A stretch of DNA of 64,000 nt from an uncultured virus (IMG/VR IMGVR_UViG_3300032050_000088) (IMGVR_UViG_3300032050_000088), one strand, 5' to 3'. Counted from the stretch's first letter, positions 27,742 through 37,096 are shown. Numbers and translations: made by a program. The notes: a model not told the origin generated them from the letters alone.

Positions 27742-28151
27742 GGACATTGTATATTTTAAGAGGATTACCTGGTAGTGGTAAATCAACACTCGCAAAGACA
27801 TTGGTACATAGTGGTTCTATTTGTGAAGCCGACCAATTCTTTGTAAATAAAGAAACTGGTGAATATGAGTTTAATCCTGATGAAATTAAAATTGCTCATC
27901 AGTGGTGTAAGGATGAGGTTGAGAATAAAATGAAACGCAATCAAGAAAATCCACAATACCATCCGACAATTGTTGTATCAAATACATTTACCCAAGAGTG
28001 GGAAATGGATTGGTATTTCAAACTAGCAGAGAAATATGACTACAAAGTTTTTTCTATGATTGTTGAAAATAGACACGGAGGAAAAAACATTCACGGAGTT
28101 CCTGATGAAAAAGTCGGGATTATGAAAAATAGATTTGAGATTTCCCTTTGA
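27738..28151 (+). CDS. P-loop kinase (polynucleotide kinase / AAA_33-like)
   Basis: RGLPGSGKST, EAD, VSNTF, HGVP. Confidence 0.85.
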   Translation: MRTLYILRGLPGSGKSTLAKTLVHSGSICEADQFFVNKETGEYEFNPDEIKIAHQWCKDEVENKMKRNQENPQYHPTIVVSNTFTQEWEMDWYFKLAEKYDYKVFSMIVENRHGGKNIHGVPDEKVGIMKNRFEISL

Positions 28152-28152
28152 T

Positions 28153-28428
28153 ATGAAAATACATTTATCGGAATCAGAAATACCGTCAAAGGTAACATTT
28201 ATGGGTAAGAAACTATCCTTTTATTCTGGTGGAGTTTACCATAGAACAAAAATATCAAACCCACAAGTTATAACTGTTGTTGATGCTAATGGAGATATTA
28301 TAATGTCAAGTTCACCTGAACTGACACCTGATAATGTTATTGGCGATAATGATATTACATCAATAGTTGAGTTTCATAATAGGAACGGAAATTTACCTGA
28401 ATTTTATTTTTTTAACGAGGATATTTGA
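28153..28428 (+). CDS. hypothetical protein
   Basis: ORF in operon. Confidence 0.6.
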   Translation: MKIHLSESEIPSKVTFMGKKLSFYSGGVYHRTKISNPQVITVVDANGDIIMSSSPELTPDNVIGDNDITSIVEFHNRNGNLPEFYFFNEDI

Positions 28429-28459
28429 TTTATATTTGACCAATCAAAACAAAAATTAT

Positions 28460-28705
28460 ATGACAAGGCTAGAACGAAAAAGTGGGTACAAAGAATCCGA
28501 TACTGTTCCAACAAATAGTATTTTTGGATTAATGGATGGTGTAATGTTAAAAGTTTTTCGGATTAATGATGAAGAACTTAATAAGATTTGTGAATTGGCA
28601 ACTGACGATGAGTTGGAGTTATTCACAAAGGAGGATAGAACAATTCGCGAATCAAGACAACTATTAACATTTCTAAAAGAAAAAATTTACACAAATGAAG
28701 ACTGA
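28460..28705 (+). CDS. hypothetical protein
   Basis: ORF behind TATATTTG; start moved to 28460. Confidence 0.65.
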   Translation: MTRLERKSGYKESDTVPTNSIFGLMDGVMLKVFRINDEELNKICELATDDELELFTKEDRTIRESRQLLTFLKEKIYTNED

Positions 28706-28886
28706 ACTCTTTTGTCATAAAACATATCACGACGAATATTTCCAATTTCATATTATTCCAAGTTTGACTGTAACAAAGAGTGAATATTTTGATATTGAAA
28801 CCGGAGATTACACAAGTCTTTATATATTTGCCGTAGGGTTCCTTGTATGGGACTTCGGTTTTCAAATCACTAAAAATCAAAAATAA
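28695..28886 (+). CDS. small hypothetical protein
   Basis: ORF in operon. Confidence 0.6.
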   Translation: MKTELFCHKTYHDEYFQFHIIPSLTVTKSEYFDIETGDYTSLYIFAVGFLVWDFGFQITKNQK

Positions 28887-28887
28887 T

Positions 28888-29058
28888 ATGTTCAACTTCA
28901 AAACTAAAATTCTTCAAACCATTGCCAGTATTTTGGGTGTAAAAGTCCATGTATATATGACGTTATCAAAAGAAAAAACAATTGATACGGATAGTGTTGA
29001 AGGCCCAAATGATTTCAAACAACCAACAAGTGTTCCTGAACGACAAATCGGAGATTAA
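28888..29058 (+). CDS. small hypothetical protein
   Basis: ORF in operon; start moved to 28888. Confidence 0.55.
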   Translation: MFNFKTKILQTIASILGVKVHVYMTLSKEKTIDTDSVEGPNDFKQPTSVPERQIGD

Positions 29059-29061
29059 AAA

Positions 29062-30018
29062 ATGTTTTCTGATAAACTAAAAAAACTAATCGTAGAATTT
29101 CTACTCAAAGACCTTATGCGGGTTGAAATCATTTACTACAAAGATAGTATTTGGTTTATCGATAGGGAGCAGAGGTATTGGTATTTTGAATACCATAAAG
29201 AAGATAAACATCTTTGGTGGAGGTGGTCTCATTTCCAATCTGCCCTTACAATGTTTTCACTAAATGGTGAAGAACATCAGTATCTATTTGGTGAATTGGT
29301 TAATATTATTTTGAATAAAAAACAAAAACTTGAAACCAAATATCCCGATAAAGTTTTTAAAACCGTTGGAAGTATCCTTAACTTTAAAGAGGAATCCAAA
29401 GAGGTATTAAATTCCAAGGTAAACACAACCGGGGTGAGGTATTTTAATGGCGAATGGCGGGTGGAAGAGGCATTAAATTGCGAGGTAGAAACATCTTCAC
29501 CTCACAACGATTGCGGTGGATGGGCGGTGGAAGAGGTATTAAACCACAATGTAGAAACAACCGCATTTCATCCATTCAACAACTATGGCGCGGTGGAAGA
29601 GGTATTAAACCACGATGTAGTAACAATAGGAGAGGCATACCACAATGACGATTATGTTACAGAGGAAATACTAAATAATACCATTAATACATATCGTTCA
29701 GGTGAGTTGGTGGATGAAGAAAAACTGATTAATAATGTTTTGAATTATGGGGTAGATACAATTGAAATAAAATCAATTAGAAAATTAAAAGGTGAAAGTC
29801 CCCTCCAAGATATTGTTGTTAGTCATATTCTTGATGAATCGGAAAAGGTTACAGATAAGTTGAAGATTAAAGAAGATGACCGTGTTAAGTCATATAGTTG
29901 TGATGTTTTTATGTGTGATTTTTTAGTTCAAAATGTTTTGGATATTGGGTCAAATTCAATTAATTTTGACGTAACATCACAACAGGGTAGAGTTGACGGA
30001 GTGTTGAAAAATTCCTAA
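29062..30018 (+). CDS. hypothetical protein with 22-aa VEEVLN tandem repeats
   Basis: Repeat units at 29401, 29467, 29533, 29599, 29665 (66-nt period). Confidence 0.8.
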   Translation: MFSDKLKKLIVEFLLKDLMRVEIIYYKDSIWFIDREQRYWYFEYHKEDKHLWWRWSHFQSALTMFSLNGEEHQYLFGELVNIILNKKQKLETKYPDKVFKTVGSILNFKEESKEVLNSKVNTTGVRYFNGEWRVEEALNCEVETSSPHNDCGGWAVEEVLNHNVETTAFHPFNNYGAVEEVLNHDVVTIGEAYHNDDYVTEEILNNTINTYRSGELVDEEKLINNVLNYGVDTIEIKSIRKLKGESPLQDIVVSHILDESEKVTDKLKIKEDDRVKSYSCDVFMCDFLVQNVLDIGSNSINFDVTSQQGRVDGVLKNS

Positions 30019-30049
30019 AGTGTAAAATAAAAAGTTACTTTTTTGTAAA

Positions 30050-30283
30050 ATGGAAAAGATTGATAAATTATACGAGCAACTTGAGAACTTTCAGTATGTT
30101 CAGGTAAAAATGAGAGATGAAGGGTTTGATTATTGTTTCAGACATTATTCATCATTTGAAGAAGTTGAAGATGAAAAGTTTCATTCTTTGCGGGAATCGT
30201 ATATAAAAATTGCCGAGGAACTTGAAGAATATGTTGAAAGTAAAATAAATCAGATTCAAGACGAAATACAAGAAGAAATATGA
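30050..30283 (+). CDS. hypothetical protein
   Basis: ORF in operon. Confidence 0.7.
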   Translation: MEKIDKLYEQLENFQYVQVKMRDEGFDYCFRHYSSFEEVEDEKFHSLRESYIKIAEELEEYVESKINQIQDEIQEEI

Positions 30284-30606
30284 AACAAGAAACTACGGGC
30301 AAACAGTTCGCTGAATCTGCGGATAAAGTAATTACAGTTACGAGAAAACAAACTGCGGTTGAATGGATGGTTGAGCAAGTTGAACTAATTTCCAACAATA
30401 AAACTTTATCAAAAAAAGATGCGGTTAAATTGTATGATGAAGTAATTCAACAATCCAAAGCAATGGTGAATGAACAGATAATGGAGGCTTATATGAAAGC
30501 TAAATTAGAACATATAGACACATTAGGTTTAAATGCTGTGAAAAATAAAATAATCAAGGATACTGAACAATACTTTCAAGAAACATACGGAGGTGACAAA
30601 TGTTAG
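30280..30606 (+). CDS. KQTAVEW-family small phage protein
   Basis: KQTAVEW...KAM..EQI...ETYGG. Confidence 0.8.
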   Translation: MKQETTGKQFAESADKVITVTRKQTAVEWMVEQVELISNNKTLSKKDAVKLYDEVIQQSKAMVNEQIMEAYMKAKLEHIDTLGLNAVKNKIIKDTEQYFQETYGGDKC

Positions 30607-30773
30607 CGATATCATTAAAAAAACATGAATTGGATGCACTGAATGAGTTGATAAATCAAATCGAAGCTGTGAACGCTGCGGGAATGAATCAGGTGTTTAA
30701 TAATAACGCCATAAGGATTTTGAAATTCAATATAATTGAACACTTAAACGAAATTGAAGGAGGTGACAAATGA
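30600..30773 (+). CDS. small protein (57 aa, MLAISLKK...GGDK), not in ORF track
   Basis: Fills the gap between two GGAGGTGACAAATG junctions. Confidence 0.7.
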   Translation: MLAISLKKHELDALNELINQIEAVNAAGMNQVFNNNAIRILKFNIIEHLNEIEGGDK

Positions 30774-30979
30774 GTAAACAAACCGCAGTAGAGTGGATAG
30801 TTAGTAAACTATCCATTACATTTCAAACAATGTATAGCGAAGAAATTGAACAAGCCAAAGCAATGGAGAAGGAGCAGATAATTAAAGCATTCTGTGAAGG
30901 GTATGACCACGATGGTGATAATTATGATGGAGCGGAAATAAGCTACTATAACAGAACATACAAAGGAGGTGACAAATGA
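30770..30979 (+). CDS. KQTAVEW-family small phage protein
   Basis: Paralog of 30280 and 30976. Confidence 0.8.
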   Translation: MSKQTAVEWIVSKLSITFQTMYSEEIEQAKAMEKEQIIKAFCEGYDHDGDNYDGAEISYYNRTYKGGDK

Positions 30980-31197
30980 GTAAACAAACAGCAGTAGAAT
31001 GGTTAGAACTCGAATTAAAAAAACTACCTTTTGTAGATGTAGTTGAAGTCTTTCAAAAAGCTAAAGCAATGGAGAAGGAGCAGATAATTGAAGCTCACTT
31101 AACACCACTATCCAATGAATATTGGTTTCAGAAAGATGAAATATTAAATCAAGAATCAGAAAAATACTACAACGAAACTTATGGAGGTGAAAAATGA
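30976..31197 (+). CDS. KQTAVEW-family small phage protein
   Basis: Paralog of 30770. Confidence 0.8.
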   Translation: MSKQTAVEWLELELKKLPFVDVVEVFQKAKAMEKEQIIEAHLTPLSNEYWFQKDEILNQESEKYYNETYGGEK

Positions 31198-31472
31198 ATA
31201 ATACGGAAATAACACCAGTACCCGAAGTGGTTGCTGACACAAGACGAGTTTGTGAGATACGATTTGATTGTATGGTAACAATGCATGATGTTGCGTATAG
31301 AAAATATAAGGAAATGTGGGGACAGGAGAAACAATCCAAAACACCCCAATGGTTTAAAGCCAATCATATTCTAACATTAGAAATGGTTAAACATGCCGAC
31401 CCATACGATTTGGGAATGAGAATTAAAGAAATGTTTCATCAACTAGAAAAAACAATAGAAAGTTATGAGTAA
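31194..31472 (+). CDS. hypothetical protein
   Basis: ORF in operon. Confidence 0.7.
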   Translation: MNNTEITPVPEVVADTRRVCEIRFDCMVTMHDVAYRKYKEMWGQEKQSKTPQWFKANHILTLEMVKHADPYDLGMRIKEMFHQLEKTIESYE

Positions 31473-32568
31473 TTGGATAGAAACACAATATCTTCATCTG
31501 TTAGAAGATATTTTAGAAAAGGGTGTTGAAAAGAAAGATAGAACAGGTACTGGTACCTTATCAATATTCGGTAGACAGATTCGTCATAACATGAAGGATG
31601 GGTTTCCATTGCTTACAACCAAGAAGATGGCCTTTAAAACTATGGTAACTGAATTACTGTGGTTTTTAAGAGGTGATACCAACATCAAATACCTTGTTGA
31701 TAACAATTGTCATATTTGGGATGGTGATGCTCATAAGAATTACTTACACAAAGTTATTCGTGATAAAGACATTGTAAGGTATTTAAAATCATATTCAATA
31801 GATACAAATGGTGTTCCTACTATTGAACCATACTCAAAAGAAGAATTTATTGAACGAATTAAAAACGATGATGAGTTTGCAGAACAGTGGGGTGAATTAG
31901 GACCTATTTATGGAGCACAATGGAGAAATTGGCTAAACATCCCAGGTGAACTCAATAAGGGAGGTACAGACCAAATTGCTAATCTAATCTCTGAACTCAA
32001 AACAAACCCAGACTCAAGACGATTAATGGTTAATGCTTATAATATAGGTGAATTAGACCAAATGGTTCTTCCACCCTGTCATTACGGATTTCAAGTTTAT
32101 ACAAGAGAGTTGTCAATATATGAAAGAGCAAAAATATATGCTAAAAAGAATAGTACTGAAATAAAAATTGATACTACTGATGACCATACCGCTTTGCATT
32201 TGTACTATACAACAAACAATGTACCTACCAGAGCAATCTCTCTAATGTGGAATCAAAGGTCGGTAGACACACTATTGGGGCTTCCATTCAATATAGCGTC
32301 ATATGGGTTGTTATTAGAAATCATTGCCAAAGAAGTTAATATGGTTCCTGATGAGTTGATTGGTAACTTAGGTGATGTACATTTATATCTAAATCATATT
32401 GAGCAGGCTAAGGAACAAATTAGTAGAACACCTTATAATTTGCCTAAATTAGGTGTGGATTATAGAGAGGATGAATATGATAAAAATTTAAAAGACTTTG
32501 TACCTGATGATTTTTATCTAATAGATTATCAATCACACCCAGCAATTAAAGCACCTTTAAGTAATTAA
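31465..32568 (+). CDS. thyA: thymidylate synthase
   Basis: DRTGTGT, FPLLTTKK, LGPIYG.QWR, LPPCH, QRS.D, GLPFNIASY. Confidence 0.97.
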   Translation: MSNWIETQYLHLLEDILEKGVEKKDRTGTGTLSIFGRQIRHNMKDGFPLLTTKKMAFKTMVTELLWFLRGDTNIKYLVDNNCHIWDGDAHKNYLHKVIRDKDIVRYLKSYSIDTNGVPTIEPYSKEEFIERIKNDDEFAEQWGELGPIYGAQWRNWLNIPGELNKGGTDQIANLISELKTNPDSRRLMVNAYNIGELDQMVLPPCHYGFQVYTRELSIYERAKIYAKKNSTEIKIDTTDDHTALHLYYTTNNVPTRAISLMWNQRSVDTLLGLPFNIASYGLLLEIIAKEVNMVPDELIGNLGDVHLYLNHIEQAKEQISRTPYNLPKLGVDYREDEYDKNLKDFVPDDFYLIDYQSHPAIKAPLSN

Positions 32569-32569
32569 A

Positions 32570-32818
32570 ATGAAAATAACTCTGTTAAACTACGAAGGCC
32601 CCGTTCTTTGGGCCAAAAGCTCGGATTCGGGTATTGCAATCTACGACCAATGGAATGAGCTGGTTGAAGTTCTAACAAGGGAAGAATTTTGTTCTTTTAT
32701 TGATGGTGAAATGAAATTGATGGACAGTAGAGAACGAGCATGGATTTACACCGAACAAAGCCAAGAAGCACGACAAAAGTTCTCCAAACTTTTTGAATTT
32801 TTAAACCTAAATAACTAA
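32570..32818 (+). CDS. hypothetical protein
   Basis: ORF in operon. Confidence 0.65.
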   Translation: MKITLLNYEGPVLWAKSSDSGIAIYDQWNELVEVLTREEFCSFIDGEMKLMDSRERAWIYTEQSQEARQKFSKLFEFLNLNN

Positions 32819-32819
32819 T

Positions 32820-33014
32820 ATGGATAATTTCCAACACATTTTAAAACAAATTTCAGAATCTTTATCAAAGGTTTCATACGACAATGGAAATTTGTCTGAT
32901 GTTGGAAATGAAGTTGGAATTGTCATCGGAAATTATATAACAACCGAACAGGATTTTAAAGATTTTGTTCAAGGATTAAGACACGGAATATCCCTCACAA
33001 ATGGAGAACACTGA
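32820..33014 (+). CDS. hypothetical protein
   Basis: ORF in operon. Confidence 0.65.
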   Translation: MDNFQHILKQISESLSKVSYDNGNLSDVGNEVGIVIGNYITTEQDFKDFVQGLRHGISLTNGEH

Positions 33015-33462
33015 AGATTTATGGTGTAACTATTCTGATTTACCAAGTGTAATGAGTTACGAACAACCAAAAAAGAAATATCCCGACAATATTGTATGGA
33101 GTGAAGAGCGTGGGTATTACGCTCACCTTCTTCCATATGCAACAAACATCGGAGCACCAGTCATATCACCTGACAATGTATCAACATGGAAGAATGAAAA
33201 GATTTTAAAAACCAATCATTACTTCAATAGAAAATACGAGGAGATAAAAGAACAATATCAAAAATTACTTGAGGAATTTGAGTGGAATAGTATTGTGTAT
33301 AATGCAACATATAATTTTCAACCAATTATCGGACAAGAATATTATTTGTATCGTAGAAAAAGTGGAGAATATTTCTTATCATTAATCAAACCAACCGAGT
33401 GGAAGGAAAACCACATTGGAACATTTGAATTGGATTCTGATAATAAATGGAAAAAAATATAA
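33001..33462 (+). CDS. DUF2452-like protein
   Basis: LPYATNIGAP...F.PIIG..YYLY...FLSLI.P.EW. Confidence 0.7.
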   Translation: MENTEDLWCNYSDLPSVMSYEQPKKKYPDNIVWSEERGYYAHLLPYATNIGAPVISPDNVSTWKNEKILKTNHYFNRKYEEIKEQYQKLLEEFEWNSIVYNATYNFQPIIGQEYYLYRRKSGEYFLSLIKPTEWKENHIGTFELDSDNKWKKI

Positions 33463-33465
33463 GTT

Positions 33466-33681
33466 ATGATACAAAAAACAACATTATCTTCAGAAATTGA
33501 TTTGACGTGTAGTACATTAACCGCAAACCCTGACCTTACGATTGAATCCGGTCCTAAGTATGTGGGATGTTATCAACTAGGTGGGAGTATGGGATTACAA
33601 ATTTATCTTGCAAAAAAACCAAAATGGCTCCATAGAAAAATGATGAAACTATGTTTGGGATTTGAGTGGATTAATAAGTAA
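33466..33681 (+). CDS. hypothetical protein
   Basis: ORF in operon. Confidence 0.65.
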   Translation: MIQKTTLSSEIDLTCSTLTANPDLTIESGPKYVGCYQLGGSMGLQIYLAKKPKWLHRKMMKLCLGFEWINK

Positions 33682-33706
33682 AACAATAGAAAGTTACGAA
33701 TAATAT

Positions 33707-34057
33707 ATGATGGAAGATTTAAAACATAAGTGGGAACAAATTGACGAGGACGATTATGTTGCCAAGTATCGTGATATGATGCTACGAGTTGAAAAGATGG
33801 ATGAGCAACAATGGTGGTGGGCGGTTTATAGAGGAAAAGAAGAACTATGTCCCGAGAAACCATTTGCAAGAAAAAAAGATTATGCGATGAAGATGGCTCA
33901 GGAATGTGCCGAAGAAAATATTGGACCTTATGTATCAGATGACTTTCAGATTGGACCGGATGGTGCTTACGAGCATACAGATGATATGGAAGATTGGGAC
34001 AATACTTTAATGGATGGACTTGAAGATGATGATACAAATAGCGAAGAATGGGAATAA
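33707..34057 (+). CDS. hypothetical protein
   Basis: ORF. Confidence 0.7.
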   Translation: MMEDLKHKWEQIDEDDYVAKYRDMMLRVEKMDEQQWWWAVYRGKEELCPEKPFARKKDYAMKMAQECAEENIGPYVSDDFQIGPDGAYEHTDDMEDWDNTLMDGLEDDDTNSEEWE

Positions 34058-34272
34058 TTAAATTACATAAAATGGGAAAAGATATAGGAACGGTTAGTTA
34101 CACCGATAAGCGAGATTCTATAAAACAGATTGAGTTAATCACTGATAGATTTAAAAAAGGTAAAATCAATAACGAAGATTATATCAAACTTATTCACGAA
34201 AACTTACAAAAACTAACAACTAAAAGAAATTATATTGGTTATTTGATGAATATAGGACAATTAGATAATTGA
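34048..34272 (+). CDS. hypothetical protein
   Basis: ORF in operon. Confidence 0.55.
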   Translation: MGIIKLHKMGKDIGTVSYTDKRDSIKQIELITDRFKKGKINNEDYIKLIHENLQKLTTKRNYIGYLMNIGQLDN

Positions 34273-34273
34273 T

Positions 34274-34726
34274 ATGGAATTAATAACGACATACATTTGT
34301 AAGAAAGGTGACGAGGGTGTTCACGGAAATATGTTCGGAGGTTTAATACTCGGGCTTATTGATGATGCGGCTGCTTCATACGCCTCTCAAATCTGTGACA
34401 CTCAAAAGATTGTTACATTGAAGATTGATGAGTTGTTATTTAAACGAGCGGTAAAAGTTGGAAACATATTAAAAGTTTATGGTGAGGTCGTTTCATTTGG
34501 TAATACCTCTGTTACACTTTATATCGAAGTTAGAAAACACAATGTTTATACAGGTGAGCAAGACATTGTAACTCAAACAAAAATTGTTTTTGTTAGAATT
34601 GATGAGGACGGAAAACCCAGACCGATTCATCATCATGTTAAAGAAAGATACTGGGAAAGATTAGAAAAATTTGGAAAGGGTCTCCTAACTCCCGAAGAAA
34701 AATTTAGAATTGGTTCAGAGATTTAA
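34274..34726 (+). CDS. hotdog-fold acyl-CoA thioesterase
   Basis: HGNMFGG.IL..ID.AA...VT...F...VKVG...GNTS. Confidence 0.9.
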   Translation: MELITTYICKKGDEGVHGNMFGGLILGLIDDAAASYASQICDTQKIVTLKIDELLFKRAVKVGNILKVYGEVVSFGNTSVTLYIEVRKHNVYTGEQDIVTQTKIVFVRIDEDGKPRPIHHHVKERYWERLEKFGKGLLTPEEKFRIGSEI

Positions 34727-35858
34727 GAATATTATTGTCTTAATAATACTCACATTATGTGGGTTAATTTCTATTGCCCAATGTCCAAACGCAAATTTTG
34801 AATTTGGTAATTTTACAAACTGGACAGGGAGAAGAGGATTTTGTTGCCCAATTGATTTACCTTTTGCTGGAATTTTTCCGGGAAGACAAACAATTGTAAG
34901 TGCGGGTATTGACCCCAATACATGCGGAGGTCTCAATACGGTTTATGACGGAAATTTTTCAGCCCGTCTTGGAAACAACCAAAACAATGCAAGAGCTGAA
35001 GGTTTATATTATACATTTACTGTTAGTCCGGCAACAACTTTGATACAGTACGCTTACGCGGTTGTATTACAAGACCCTGGCCATAGCGATGGGGCTCAAC
35101 CAAGATTTCAATCAAGAGTTAGACTTGCAAACGGAACAGTAATTCCTTGTACCGAGTACATGGTGACGGCCGGACCTAATTTGCCAGGTTTTAATTATTG
35201 TACAATGCCGGGCAACCCAACACCAATAGCTTGGAGTGATTGGAGGGTTATATCATTAGACTTATCAGGGTATGTTGGACAAAGTGTTACACTTGAATTT
35301 GAAACGGGTGATTGTGATTTAGGTGCTCACTATGGATATGCCTATATCGACGCAATATCTTGTGGTCCGATTGAAACAAAAGTTTATTATTGTCAGGCAA
35401 GTGATTCTACATTGATTGAAGGTCCGGAAGGTTTTGCGACATACCAATGGTCACCAACAGGAGATAACACAAGAGTTATTACTATTCCATCAAATACTTA
35501 CACCAATTTGACATTGAGTGTAACAACTATTACAGGATGTGAACTTGACCTTCAAATAATCCTTGACCCGATACCCTTATTATCAAGTATAATATGTGAA
35601 GATGTATGTTTTCCTGACATAGTTAATTTTACAAATTTAACACCACCTATTCAGGGGTATCAAACCGCCTATTTATGGGACTTCGATGATGGACAAACTT
35701 CAAATTTATATTCTCCATCACATACGTATAGTTCTCCCGGTGTCTATAATGTGACGATGACCGCTCATGTTGTGGGGACAAATTGCACAGACAACGCAAA
35801 TTGTGAAGTTGAGGTTTACGACATTCCAATAATACCTGGAATTATTAGCCACGATTAG
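34710..35858 (+). CDS. secreted PKD-domain protein ending ISHD
   Basis: Signal peptide; WDFDDG...PSHTY..PG.Y.VT. Confidence 0.85.
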   Translation: MVQRFKNIIVLIILTLCGLISIAQCPNANFEFGNFTNWTGRRGFCCPIDLPFAGIFPGRQTIVSAGIDPNTCGGLNTVYDGNFSARLGNNQNNARAEGLYYTFTVSPATTLIQYAYAVVLQDPGHSDGAQPRFQSRVRLANGTVIPCTEYMVTAGPNLPGFNYCTMPGNPTPIAWSDWRVISLDLSGYVGQSVTLEFETGDCDLGAHYGYAYIDAISCGPIETKVYYCQASDSTLIEGPEGFATYQWSPTGDNTRVITIPSNTYTNLTLSVTTITGCELDLQIILDPIPLLSSIICEDVCFPDIVNFTNLTPPIQGYQTAYLWDFDDGQTSNLYSPSHTYSSPGVYNVTMTAHVVGTNCTDNANCEVEVYDIPIIPGIISHD

Positions 35859-35905
35859 TCTTTTTCAAGATATTTATAGTAGAATAAACTCTAACTACTT
35901 TAAAC

Positions 35906-36463
35906 ATGAAAAAACTCTTATTACTTGTACTGGCAATACTACCAATCACACTTTTTGCTCAATTTACCACAATTAATCCCGATACAGTCTGTATAAATGA
36001 CCCTTTTGCAACTTATCAGGTTCCAAATACTCCAAACTATACTTATGTATGGTCAGTTTCGGCTCCCGGTATTTTAACATCAGGACAAGGAACTAATGAA
36101 ATAACTGTCGACTGGTCGGCCGCTCCTGCGGGCGGTCCTATAGTAGATGCGATTAGTGTTTATGCAACAACACCTGCTGGTTGTGACGGACCCCCAATCA
36201 CGATGAATGTATTTATTCTTGAAATCAACCCTGTGGTTACTCCACTTGTATTTTGTGAAGGTGACCCTTGCGAAGATTTGGTTGCAACACCGGCTGGTGG
36301 TGTATTCTCAGGACCAAACATTGTTAATGGTCAATATTGCCCACAAACGGAGGGAACAGAAACGGTGACTTACACCATAACTGAGGCGGGATGTACATTC
36401 ACTGCGACAGCTGATATGACCGTCTATCCAATTCCTGTTTTAGACAATATTTCACATGACTAA
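35906..36463 (+). CDS. secreted Ig/PKD-like protein ending ISHD
   Basis: Signal peptide; YVWSV...GQGTNEITVDW; own TATTTAT at 35871. Confidence 0.8.
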   Translation: MKKLLLLVLAILPITLFAQFTTINPDTVCINDPFATYQVPNTPNYTYVWSVSAPGILTSGQGTNEITVDWSAAPAGGPIVDAISVYATTPAGCDGPPITMNVFILEINPVVTPLVFCEGDPCEDLVATPAGGVFSGPNIVNGQYCPQTEGTETVTYTITEAGCTFTATADMTVYPIPVLDNISHD

Positions 36464-36465
36464 GA

Positions 36466-37038
36466 ATGAAAAACATAAAAACAATCTTGTTGTTGTTTTT
36501 TGTTATGATTATGCTTGGTCAGCAACAAGAAATAGACATTTGTGAAGAGGAGTCTAAAAAAGAATACACCTATTCAATACAGTCTGACACACCAAATACA
36601 ACATTTTATTGGTATGTTGATGGTGTTTACCATTTTGGACAAACTCTAACCGTAAACTGGGAAACTTATTCGCCCGGTATTCACACCGTAAAAGTTTATG
36701 GTAAAAGTGGAGATTGTAGGTCAGAACCCATGGAGTTTAAAGTACATATAGGTGAGTGCTCTTCAATCTACATACCAAACGCATTTACACCAAATGCCGA
36801 TGGATTTAATGATACTTGGTTCCCACAAGGAACAGGATGGGAAAGTATCGAAGTACTTGTGTTTGATAGATGGGGAGAGTTAGTTTTTCAATCAGTAGAC
36901 CCAAAAGGACAGTGGATTGGAAATTTTAGAGGTGGTGACTATTATGTTCAAAATGATGTGTATGAATATAAAGTCACTTGGAAGGGAATTGACAACGAAC
37001 CTGAAATAATTTTTGGTCATGTAACGGTTGTTAGGTAA
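36466..37038 (+). CDS. small secreted protein with T9SS type B C-terminal domain
   Basis: IYIPNAFTPNADGFND...VFDRWG...GHVTVVR. Confidence 0.9.
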   Translation: MKNIKTILLLFFVMIMLGQQQEIDICEEESKKEYTYSIQSDTPNTTFYWYVDGVYHFGQTLTVNWETYSPGIHTVKVYGKSGDCRSEPMEFKVHIGECSSIYIPNAFTPNADGFNDTWFPQGTGWESIEVLVFDRWGELVFQSVDPKGQWIGNFRGGDYYVQNDVYEYKVTWKGIDNEPEIIFGHVTVVR

Positions 37039-37044
37039 AAACAT

Positions 37045-37073
37045 TTGATTTTACTGATTTAATGTTCTATAAT
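37045..37073 (+). promoter_or_regulatory. sigma70-like promoter TTGATT-17-TATAAT
   Basis: Exact spacing, upstream of 37097. Confidence 0.55.
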
Positions 37074-37096
37074 TTGTATAAATAAAAAAACAATTT

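Noticed and set aside
29395..29765. 66-nt repeats as CRISPR or as a DGR variable region
   Set aside because: In frame within a protein and degenerate; differences are not confined to adenines; no reverse transcriptase or cas gene in the window. Kept only as an unexplained repeat.
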